From Adineta vaga (taxonomy: Eukaryota; Animalia; Rotifera), in the NCBI GenBank assembly GCA_021613535.1, contig CP075496.1, positions 3,224,001 through 3,288,000 of the forward strand: a stretch of DNA of 64,000 nucleotides. Reading direction: 5' to 3'. The notes below the pieces were generated by a model. It was not told the origin of the DNA. It did not search any database and saw nothing but the letters and a program-made list of their open reading frames with translations. The translations under genes and the position numbers were made by a program. Positions 52,248-64,000 of the stretch are shown here, in pieces; within the stretch, counting starts at the first letter, position 1, and every line of letters begins with the position of its first letter.

Positions 52248-55200
52248 AACAATAACGATAGCAATCTGTACAAATAGATTAGAAATAAATTGATTATAAT
52301 GTAAAAATATTTAATTATTCATCAAAAAGTTCTTATAGATTCTAGAAAAACTGTGAATATAGGCCTACTTTGACATGTCGTTGTCTTTTTATAGTTTATA
52401 TTAAAATAAAATAAAATCTCTTAATCTGAACTCATCAAACATGTTAAAATACATAGTAAGTGCCCTGAACTAAAATATTAACCTATATTAAAAAAAGTCA
52501 AGTGGAACTGTACGTGAATAACCGACTTTCATGAGCTCGATTTATTCATGTGGAAATACATAGTTATCGACAAGAGATTGTTATTCAAAACTTCATCTAT
52601 GTAATGTTCTTCTCTATTAATAGCAATATTATTTTTTGTAAAAAAAGTGCATGTTAGCTGGAGCAGATCATTTTCCTAATGGCGAAGTCATATCATTGAA
52701 TGTATTAATAATTTTTTCGAAATTAAATGAATAATGACACGAGATATTGATGTGTGTAATACTATACTTTTTCTTTTCTCCAAATAAATGTCATGTTTTC
52801 ACACTTAAATCAGGTAAAAGACATTCTTTTCTCAGAAGGATGAATTTGACAACGACAATTTTTATGTTCATCGTTTTTCTCTTATTTATTAAATAAACTA
52901 CTTATGATTTCTTGAGAAGGTGATCCTGAAAGTATCTTTCATAATTGCAACTCATTTGTCTCTTTTTTATGTATAATTATATATTGCGTGTTTTTTTCTC
53001 AACTTGATGAACTTCGTTTAATAAAGGATTATCAATAAAAAGAATGTTTGCATGATCATTACTGCGTCTGTAAATGAATGAATATTCGTAGGTGGAGATA
53101 ATCTATTGACGGAAAAGAAAATTCCTATTGTATGTATCACTTTTCAATGTAGAATGGTTATAAATTAATTATCATTTCATTTCTCAGAATATGTAATGAT
53201 TGTTCGAGAAAATCTTAGAGAATTTTTTCTTATCTATTATTCATATGAATTTAGAAATGATGAGTAATTCTCAAAGAAATATTAGGAAAGTTTTGCGAAA
53301 TAATATTGTTCCACACTCATAATACTGTCAAACTATGATAATAATCATATGTTGAAATTCTTTCTATTCTAAGAACATTTTGAAATAGAAAAGATCTATT
53401 TCAGTCATGCATATTAATGAGTTTATTTTTGTAGTTAAATGATGAATGCTAAAATTAAATGTTAAAACGAATTTAATTCAATATATTATTGAGAAGAAAT
53501 TCTCATATAATATAATCATAGCTTTTGAGATCAAGATTTGGAATAAAGAAGACGATAAATTAGTTTTCTATGTGTATTATTAGTTTTCTTAACGGATATG
53601 AGAACTAAAAATAGGACATCTGCCAAGAGACAATTATCGTCGAGGGGTTGCTTTTTTTTCTCTTTCGATACTTCTATATTACTTATTTGAATGAAAGAAA
53701 GAATAGGGATAGAAATTTCTTTGGAAAATTAATCAAATGATTCGTTGCATTGAATAGGTATGTTTTTATCAGAAGCCATTTATTAGATAATATAAAATAT
53801 TAATGAATAGAATTTTTCAGGTATTTTGTTTTCCTCCTAGTAGTGTTATATTGAAAAATTAATCAACAACATACTATGGTCTATCTTCTTCTCACAGTAT
53901 TCTTTAATCTTAACAGATTAAAATAAGTCTAATCTTAAAAAGAAATAGATACTCTTGTTTGTTATATGAAGAGTTTTTTCATTTCTTGTTTCTAAAAACT
54001 AATAAAGCATTTTTTGCCCAATCGATTTTGTAAAGACAAATTATGTGACATACTTAAACATATAAGAACTTATAGGATTCTCTTTTTGCTCTCATATTTT
54101 TATTTATCTTACAGTTGAAAATCCTTCGTAGTTAGTCAGAACACTATAAATACTTAAAATCAAGAGAAAAACGTTCTTGTTATTTATATCTTAGAAACAA
54201 AGAAAAGAGAAGGAACTGTTTTCATTAGAACCAATCAAGAACTTCTTTATGTTAGATTCTTATATTAAATACACGGATATGCATTTTCATGTTTTTACAT
54301 GTTTTCTCATGCAGAAATGTATTTAGTTCTATATCGAGCATATTCTCTTTTTTTCTTATGAATGACATGCACGTTTTCTTTTCTCTACATGAATAAATAC
54401 AAACCATACTTAAATATACCTTCTAATTGTCGATGCGAATCGACTTTTTTCTTTCATTTTTTCTTGATAAGGTAGACACGATCATATTCCCTTATGCCAA
54501 TAGACGAATCGTGTATTGCTTAGTAAGTATTATTTTCTAACCGTTCAGGTGTTTATGTAAGACAACTTTTCATGATGACAGAATGTAGAGAGGAAAAAAT
54601 ATAGGAACAATATTTAATATAACTAATAGCTTAAAACAAAGATTGACAACAAATAGATTTCATCAATTTAATAGCGACCAAAATAGCTGTTGGGGGACAA
54701 TATTGTTTGAAACATATGGTCACAGATGTTGACAAAATTGAAATCAGAATCTTCATGATCGTTCTATTTTTCTTCGTCAGTGAAGTTTTTCATGAACGGA
54801 TATATTTATGTTTGAAAATAGAGATTTATCTAACGGAAACAATTTTATCTTTTCTTAGCTTTTTTATTCATAGTAGACCGGTTTTTGTAAGCAAATAATC
54901 ATTGTTACGTAATATACATCGCTACCGAAATAGACATACCGTATTACCTCGGTTCGAGTAGGGATATACATGGAGAGTTTCATGTATGTCTTTAAATTAA
55001 TTGATCAGAAAAGGGATCGTGTCGTTCTCTGCAACGATGAAGAAATACTTGAATGAAGTAGTTATTTCTAAAGCTGATTGTTTCGTTTCTTTCTTTTGTA
55101 TAAGTAGTTTTTCTTTGGTGACCTTTTTATTCTTATTTTTGAAAAATGGCCATACATCTCATAGAAAAAAAAATCATCATCATTATAATAATAGATGGAA

Positions 55201-56737
55201 AAATATTAAGGGTATTCTAAAAATATCCTTAAAAGTTCGACGGTATCGCTCGACGACCGGAAGAAACATTAAGAGAGAAGAAAAAAAAGCGAGAAGACGT
55301 ATTAGAGAAAAAGAGAATAGTTGCTACAGGTAAAAGCACGAGAACAGGCAACTCTCTTATATCATTCATCACCTTTATGTGTATACTTAGGCGTCTCATT
55401 AAGAAGATCTTATTTTCCAATTCTAATCATTTTTTTGGGATAGAACGTTCTAAAAATAATTTCTTGTTAATGACAACAATAATAACAACAAGCCTTTTTT
55501 TCAAAAAACAAATAAGTATACACTCTCATCAGTCACGCCAAATTGAAATACGTGGTTTTTCTCTATCTCTCCCTCTCTCATATACAAATAGGTATTTGAA
55601 TTTATATTTCGATGTGCTTAGAAATAGATAAACTCTGTCATAGGATATCAAAGTAAGTTCTTAAGAAGATATATATGAGCTGAGAAAAGAATAGGAGTCT
55701 CATGTATATACTGTTATATGCTTGATTCTCTTTCTGAAAAAGTGATCACTCGAATGAACAAGTATAAGAAGAATTTCCTTCTTGAAGATGTAATTATCGA
55801 ATAGAAAAGAGCTGAATATTTTTTATAGGTAAGTCTCAGATTATTTTCTAAAAATAGTTTTAATAAAAAGAAATACGAAACATCTTCTTTTTCTATAATA
55901 ATGCGTAGTCATTTGCCTGAGAGAATAAAGGAGAAAAGCGAGAAAAGAAAAAAACATGCATTAAAAGACAAGAGTTCATCTTAAGTTAGAAACATCTTTT
56001 TTTATCTTCCAGACAAAAGTCACGGAGGAAGATGAAAGGAAGAAAAAGAGAAAGATAAAAATAAATCTAAATAGTTCAATTAGACACTAATGCTAAGAAA
56101 CCTGGAATATGAAGAGAATAACAATGTTTAAATAACTTGCATGTTTGTTTTAGTAATCTATATCTATTTCTGGGATTCGATTTCAAAGCTTGATCTTTTT
56201 AATTAATGAGAATAATTAAAAGAAATCATATACATGTAGATTAGTTGAGAAGAAAAAGCTTTGAATACCAAAAAAAGACTGAATAGATGATTTTCTCTGT
56301 CAACAATGTCCTTTTATTCCCATCCGTCTTCATTAATTTAATGCTACATAGTTTTTTTTGAAAAGAAAAGAATAGAACTATACTAAGAATCTGTCTTTAA
56401 CAGAGATTGAAATTTCCTTTTGCTCATCAGGATAATAATTATTAATCATAAGCAAAAAGATGAAGAAGAAGAAGAAGAAATGTCGTCGTTTCTTTTTCTT
56501 TCTCTCTCTCTCTCATTCTTAGACATAATATTAATAATGATTAAGAAACAATTCTATCTGTATTAATCTATTTTAGAAACCCGATCAAGCTCAAGCAATC
56601 TGTTACCCATTCGGTGTTTTTTGGTAACAGCTGTTCATTTGTTAACCTAAATCAACAAGAAAGAGAGAGAAAAAAAACATTCCTAGTGACATTTTTTTCC
56701 TCTGATTTTATTGGTTTTACGAACTCATTCAGACGCT

Positions 56738-58295
56738 ATGTCTATAAATACTATATTGACGAATCTCAATCGAACGAATACAACGAAAATACCAGGTTTA
56801 TCCGAAGAGACTTCTCCTCCGGTAGAAGACATATTTGATTTATCATGGAATGATATTATCTATGATGGTGGCTTAGCAACATGGTTTACACGTTCATCAT
56901 TTCGCTGGCTAAATATAGCTGTTTGTTTAATCGGTATTATTGGTAGGTCGTTTTCGTATAATTTTTTTTACTAAAATTTATGCATATTTATTTTTCTCAG
57001 GTAATGTTCTGGCTGTTTGTACATTACTTCGACGTCGTATGCGTAACTTATCTACCTATGCTTATTTAACAGCATTATGTTTATCAAATACAATAACATT
57101 ATCATCTGTAATTATATTTGAATTAGAAGTTTTGTTCGCTCCGAATCGTTTCAATTGTATTCTTGTTGTATCAGCGAAAACACTTGCATCAAGTACATTT
57201 GCATTATCAACTTGGTATGTTCATGATTTTTCTGAATGAATTGAAATCGGATTATATTTAAATTTTTCTTTTTATAGGATTACGGTAGGTTTTACTGTTG
57301 ATCGATACATTATGATTTGCTATCCATTTACCGGAGAAAAAATGTGTACTCGTCGAAATGCTTTATTTGTCTTAACGACATGTTTATTTTTCGCATTAAC
57401 TTATTTAGTACCGCAAATGTTAGCCAATTCTTGTCACACAATGCCATATGGAAATTCGATTAATAGAACAAATACAATTCAGAATTTTTCAAGTCAAATC
57501 CTCAATCGAACTGACCTCTATTCTATTGTTTTTTGGGTATCTGGTCTAAGTGAATTCGGTAAATCTCTTGCATATCGTTCAACTATAACTTTATTTGTTA
57601 ATTGTTTTCTTGTTCGTATTATTCCATTTTTAATTGTTTTCAAATTGAATTTACATTTAATTCGTACACTTGCTAATGCCAAACGACGTCATCGACAAAT
57701 CAATCCCTATGAACAAAAGCGCAATGATGTTACATATATGTTAGTTATTGTGATATCAATTTATTTAATATGTATTACACCATCAATTCCATTTGCTGCT
57801 TTCTTTGCATATAATCCCGATAAATATGTTAGTATTTCATATCGTTATCGCGCCTTTCAACATCTTGATGAATTTGCGAAATTTTTGATGATATTCAATT
57901 CTGCGTCACAATGTTATTTGTATATCTTCTTCGGTAAACGTTTTCGTCGAGAATTAACACGTTTATTGTGTTGTTTCTGTATGAAATATTTCTATATGCC
58001 ATTACCACAACATTTAACAAATAATAGTGATCGAGAAACATTTCTACCAGATTTTGGAAATAATAATGAAACATTTGAACTTGTTCTTAGTGGTAAATGG
58101 TCATTAGATCAACGGCAAGATTCTATAGCTGGAATTGAATTTAGTTTTCATCATCCAAGACGATGGAGTCGATTAACATCATCATCAGCAACAACAGGAC
58201 GTTCAAATTCGGAATATAGTGAAACTCAAATTCGTTTTGGTTTATTACAACGTCTAAAAACTCGTGTTGAAAAATTTTTTGCTCGTTTTCATTGA
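56738..58295 (+). CDS. Rhodopsin-family peptide GPCR (FMRFamide/sex-peptide receptor-like)
   Basis: Three coding exons; GIIGN in TM1, STYAYLTALCLSN, TVDRYIMICYPF, ICITP, and TM7 NSASQCYLYIFFGKRFRREL. Confidence 0.9.
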
Positions 58296-58447
58296 ACGGA
58301 TTTCTTTCTCTTGTATATTTGTTTATACGGTCTCCGTCCATTTTATTTTTTTCATCTCAAAAATAAAGAATAACACAAGACATACAAGAAAGAAAAAACG
58401 AAGAATAAGCAAGCGCATGAATGTGTTTATAATTGGTCATACGTTCA

Positions 58448-58863
58448 TTAACATGTTCGATGTGATGATGGATTAAATGTGGTACCACCAATGTCATAAC
58501 AACGAGTAGCTGGTGTATCGAATTCTTCTTGAAAAATACGTTTTGTAACAGCAATAAAGACATAATTATCACACCAAATACGACCCCAGACAGCTTCAAA
58601 AGGAAGTTCAAGTGTGGAACATTGTCCGACCGGGTATTTGCCTGTTTCATAGGTACGAGTACGACCATCACTAGTTCTTGAGTCCAAACCACATTTAGCA
58701 ACGTAAGCTCCTCGATTACATACCTTAACTGATCCTTTATTCGATGAACTCACTTCTAGAAATGAAATATTTACAAATTCAATCTATACTTATCAAAGAA
58801 ATTCTCTTTACCTAAAATTAAAACACTACAAATGATCACGAGATAAGCAAACATCGACGACAT
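58448..58863 (-). CDS. Secreted 119-aa protein resembling a stand-alone cholesterol-dependent cytolysin domain 4
   Basis: Exon 58863-58812 (signal peptide MSSMFAYLVIICSVLIL), 56-nt intron, exon 58755-58448. Mature part: KGSVKVCNRGAYVAKC...STLELPFEA...IGGTTFNPS, against the recalled perfringolysin D4 pattern KGKINLDHSGAYVAQF...STVIPLEANA...IWGTTLYPG. Confidence 0.8.
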
Positions 58864-59302
58864 TTTACTCTTTGAAATGACAATTATATCGACAAAAAAA
58901 ACGTTCGAATTTATTAGCAAAACAAATCATTAATCCATATGTAATTGAGACTATCAATATATGTGTATGTGCACTCTTAAAGCCTATATGATTCGATTGT
59001 GGTCCGATAGTAACTAATACCAATATATCCATTATAAATATTGAAATTTTTATATATTTTTTTTCACAACAGAATAAAACAAAATTGCATGTAAAATCAG
59101 ATGTACATAAAGAAAAGTTTTCTTTAATAACAAATAACAATAGGTGATTAACAATAAAAACAGATCATTTTGCTCGATAATATCGCAGATAGAAGAAAAG
59201 CTTCTAGAAAAAGTTTACTTATGAAATTTATAATAGAAAAAAAAAATATATGGCTGTAGATAAATAGAAGCTAGAGTGCATTTCGTTCACTTTGATTATC
59301 AG

Positions 59303-60389
<1,087 letters not shown>

Positions 60390-60554
60390 TTTAATTGTTT
60401 AATGAAATGAAACAAATCTGAAAAAGAGTTTCTAGAATCTTAGTCTATACTTAGAAAAAAAAAGAATTTTGGATATTTAAAAGCGACAAAGAAACCGGAT
60501 GATATTGGTAGAATGATCATTTAAGAAAAAAAGGGGAAAGAAGGAATATTCAGT

Positions 60555-62056
60555 TTAGATAAGTCCTTTTTCTTTCAATTTACTAATCAATTCATCGACA
60601 CTCGCGACACGGCCACCACCTTGTCGTTTGGGTGGTTCTTCATATGAAAGATATTCTTGGTGAGGTTTGATATCAACACCTAAATCCTTTGGTGACATTT
60701 TTGCCATTGGTTTTTTCTTGGCTTTCTAGAAAATAAATCATTTAATTTCTTAAATTCAGATATGGAAACTTACTTGAATTGATGGAAGATTAGCAAAACG
60801 TGGTTGATTAAGACGAAGATCAGTAGTAATCACAGCAGGTAATTTCACACGAATTGTTTCGGAACCACCATCGATTTCACGCATTACTTCAGCCTTCTTA
60901 TCTTTTATCTCCACTTTCGAAGCAAATACAGCCTGAACGAAGAAAACAAAGTTTATTTTAAGAAAAAAGAAAATATAAAGTTTTCTACCTGAGGCCAAGA
61001 AAGAAGGCCAGCAACCATTTGACCTGTTTGATTTGAATCGTCATCAATGGCCTACATAACAAAATAATAATTCACACTACAAATTATGAATTTAGTAAGT
61101 ATCTTAGAATCTAAAGTTGAACCCATTTTATCTTGTAAGATGAAAAGCAAGTTCATATATTACTCGAATGATTGATGGGACTAATAACTATTCCACTGAT
61201 CGATCCTATATGTTTATGAAAGCTAACTATTACTTCTTCTTGACGTGACAAATAAAATTAACATATTTTAATATTATAGATGCTTGATAATAGTAGTCCA
61301 TATTATTTTGGGAAAGAATAAAGCATAAATATAAAAGATTATTAAGAAGTAATGTTTTTTTTTGTTATGAACAGATCGAATGAATGAACACAAATCATCT
61401 GTATGTATAGAATAGTTAAAAAGGTTGATGAATATTCAAAACGAATTAATATTACTAGAGAAGAGAAAGAACAGATGTTACTCTTTCTCAACCTTTACAA
61501 TGATCACTCATATTTTTTAGTTCATAAAGAAAAACAGAATCGGTTCGAATCAATCTTTTTGAGTTTTTCCTATCAACGACTTATTCATATATATATATAT
61601 ATATAAATTCAACTAACCAATTTTCCTAGAAGGACTAAATCAACATTTTCCTTCTTTGCAACAGCAGCAATTAATTTTGAAATAGCTAATGGTTGTAATG
61701 TTTCATAATCTTTGCCAGCAACTTCCACATGTATTGCTCGATCAGCACCTAATGCTAATGCTGTTCGTAATGTTTCCTTTAGAGAGAAGAAAAAAACAAC
61801 AACTCATATAGAAACTATCATGTGAATTCGTCAAGATTCCTACTTGACATTGAGCTGGTCCACATGAAAATGCGATAACTTCTTGAGCAACTTTTTTTTC
61901 TTTCAAACGAATTGCTTCTTCCACTGCGATTTCATCGAATGGATTCATTGAATGTTTAACTCCTTCAGTTACTACTCCACTTTTATCCGATTTTACTTGA
62001 ATTTTAACGGCATAATCAATTGCTCGTTTGACACCAACTAAAATTCGTATTGCCAT
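60555..62056 (-). CDS. ETFB: Electron transfer flavoprotein beta subunit
   Basis: [85 protein letters not shown]. Confidence 0.97.
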
Positions 62057-62174
62057 CTGAAAACAGAGAAAGAAAGACAAACAATTTCAATCATTGTTTT
62101 GTTTTTATTCTTCTAACAAACAATCAATATGATTTTATTCAGATTGAATAATAACAATAACAAAAACAACATCC
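62057..62174 (-). promoter_or_regulatory. 118-bp intercistronic spacer: two AATAAA, a U-rich tract, and an acceptor abutting the ETFB ATG
   Basis: Minus strand: BRIX1 stop ... AATAAA ... AATAAA ... ttgtttgtctttctttctctgttttCAG|ATG. Confidence 0.6.
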
Positions 62175-63289
62175 TTATTCCGAATCGTCATCGTCGTCAT
62201 CGTCATCGTCGTCGTCATCATCATCGTCATGATTGGGTGGTGGTGGTGCTGGTGTTTGAAAAATTTCATCAGTTTTATCATATGGAAAACTTTCTTCGGG
62301 TTTCTTTTGTTCATAAGCGAGTTTTTGATGAATACGTTGTTGATATTTACTTGATGCTTCAGCTTTCGCTAAATGACGTTTCAAATTCGGTGCAACATAT
62401 AATGGATTTTCATAGATCAACATTCCGGAAAAACTTTTCTCGAAAATACAATGTAAATTAAGAACAAATCTAAGTAAAAAACAAAATTTCAAGAAGATTG
62501 TTTAAAAAAAAACAAACAATCGATTTACCTTGGACCAATTTCAGCTAATGATCCATTTTCTTCAACAATTTGATAGTTTCTTAACCAAACTTTATTATCA
62601 ATGATAGAAAATGTTAGAACATGATCAATGAATGGTTGAGATTTGGGATGTGATTTTGGTGTACCGAAAATTTGTGTAAATAATTCTTTAATTAATTTCC
62701 AATGTGGTTCATCATCAAATTTCTTATCAAATGACAATAATGGTCGTGAACCACGTAAACAATTTCCAGTTAATTTCAATCCTTCCATTGTATGTAAATT
62801 TTCAACAAGAAATTTTACTGTTGGACCATCAGGTACTGAAGCCATCCATAAATAAAGATCACGTTTTTTTTTCATATCGAAAAACAGGATCTTATTACAA
62901 TTACGTAATTCAGCTATTTCATTAAGAACAGAGAAATTTTTACGTAATTCAGCTTTCGGTTCACTTTTAGAATGTGCCATTAATCCACGAAGATTTTTCA
63001 TCACATGACGTGCTAAATAAGATATTCCACGCGATGAAAATATCAACACACGTTGTTTATTAATCCAGGTTGATTTCATCGATTGAACCGTATCGGATGA
63101 ACGTGTTGATGGTAAACGTTGCACTATGGATGAAGTCGAAGTCGGTGCTGGACCTAAACGACGAATATTCAACGATTCATCATTGTTATCTTTATCGAGT
63201 TGTTCTTGTCGACGAAATTTTCTTGATCTTTTTTCAGGTCGATTTTGTGCAACTGTGGGAGCTGATTTACGTTTATTGGTTTTAGGCAT
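62175..63289 (-). CDS. BRIX1: Ribosome biogenesis protein BRX1
   Basis: WINKQRVLIFSSRGI, DLYLW..GPTVKFLVENLHTM..LTGNCLRGSRPLLSFD, SQPFIDHV, EIGPR|FVLN; acidic poly-Asp tail. Confidence 0.96.
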
Positions 63290-64000
63290 GATATGAAAAA
63301 TCTAAAGAATTAATTTTGATAAAAATTCTTATTTGTACAAATAAAAAAGAATAGAAATCTATCGAAAGAAGAAGTAAAGTAAGTAAGTACGATTAGTAGA
63401 TATTCAAAATTTCCAATCAAATTCTATGGAATAGACTTCATTTATCATTCATTTATATTGAGGTCGGATAGAGGTCAGTTGTAGACTGATCTACGACTTG
63501 CTATAGAATATTCTCGTCTTACAGATGTCATCACTAGACATGCGATAAGAAATACATTTGAAAGAAGTGTTCAAATAAGTTTTTTTTCATAAATATCTTT
63601 CTTTAATTAACATAATTAATACTAACTTTTTAGAATGAATTAATATTCTCATTATCATTCAGAATCGGGTTCAACCAATCCTATTTCGACAGTTTGAAGA
63701 ACTGCGTACATACCTATCGACCGTCCGTCGTCAGTTGTCGATTGCATACCTCTTTCTTTCTGTGATCATTCATATCACAAGACCTACAATGATTAATTGT
63801 TCGTATTATTCTTCTATATGATTGAAAAACATCATTTTTATTGTTAGTTTACAATAGAAAACAAGTACAGTATACAACACACTGGAATAAATGGTAGTTT
63901 TTTAAGTTTATTTTCGTTTCCATTGAGAAATAACATAATTAGCACTACGATTGCGCCGAAATTGTGGATTTAAATTAATATTATGCCAACGTGATCGACC

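Noticed and set aside
54940-54965. GGTTCGAGT B-box/tRNA T-loop-like sequence
   Set aside because: Flanks do not form a T-stem and no cloverleaf or A-box is present
52300-56600. Long gene-free region with short ORFs (for example 55001-55333)
   Set aside because: ORFs are low-complexity and AT-rich; no transposase/RT motifs or terminal repeats seen; more likely GPCR upstream and 5' UTR intron sequence
58357-58701. Overlapping 114-aa alternative-frame ORF
   Set aside because: No motif; a shadow of the D4-like coding frame
58864-59302. Including the D4-like gene in the BRIX1-ETFB-RAB6 operon
   Set aside because: The 439-bp gap leaves room for its own promoter, there is no strong pyrimidine acceptor before its ATG, and its function is unrelated

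Overview
AT-rich eukaryotic (metazoan) genomic DNA with dense, intron-rich genes and very short (about 47-60 nt) GT-AG introns. Intron size, codon usage and a RING-less B-box/SPRY gene suggest a bdelloid rotifer, but this is an inference. About 23 protein-coding genes were reconstructed by manual splicing: a WNK kinase, RNase H1, GGNBP2, goosecoid, a secreted NIDO/IPT-like protein, a B-box/SPRY protein, a Dpy-30/DYDC-like protein, a kelch protein, a 2-Ig surface protein, MRPL19, IARS2, CDIPT, METTL4, several low-complexity proteins, a CAP-Gly protein, two head-to-head GH18 chitinases, a peptide GPCR, RAB6, ETFB and BRIX1. Four observations stand out. (1) A secreted, six-cysteine, intron-containing protein resembles a stand-alone domain 4 of bacterial cholesterol-dependent cytolysins and is a horizontal-transfer candidate. 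(2) Two runs of co-oriented housekeeping genes (METTL4-CDIPT-IARS2-MRPL19 and BRIX1-ETFB-RAB6) have stop-to-start gaps as small as 46-51 bp and unpaired splice acceptors, so they are candidate trans-spliced operons. (3) The two divergent chitinases carry different substitutions in the catalytic DxDxE motif. (4) A 66-aa spliced microprotein carries a PxIxIT-like motif. No tRNA, rRNA, CRISPR array or intact transposon could be supported.
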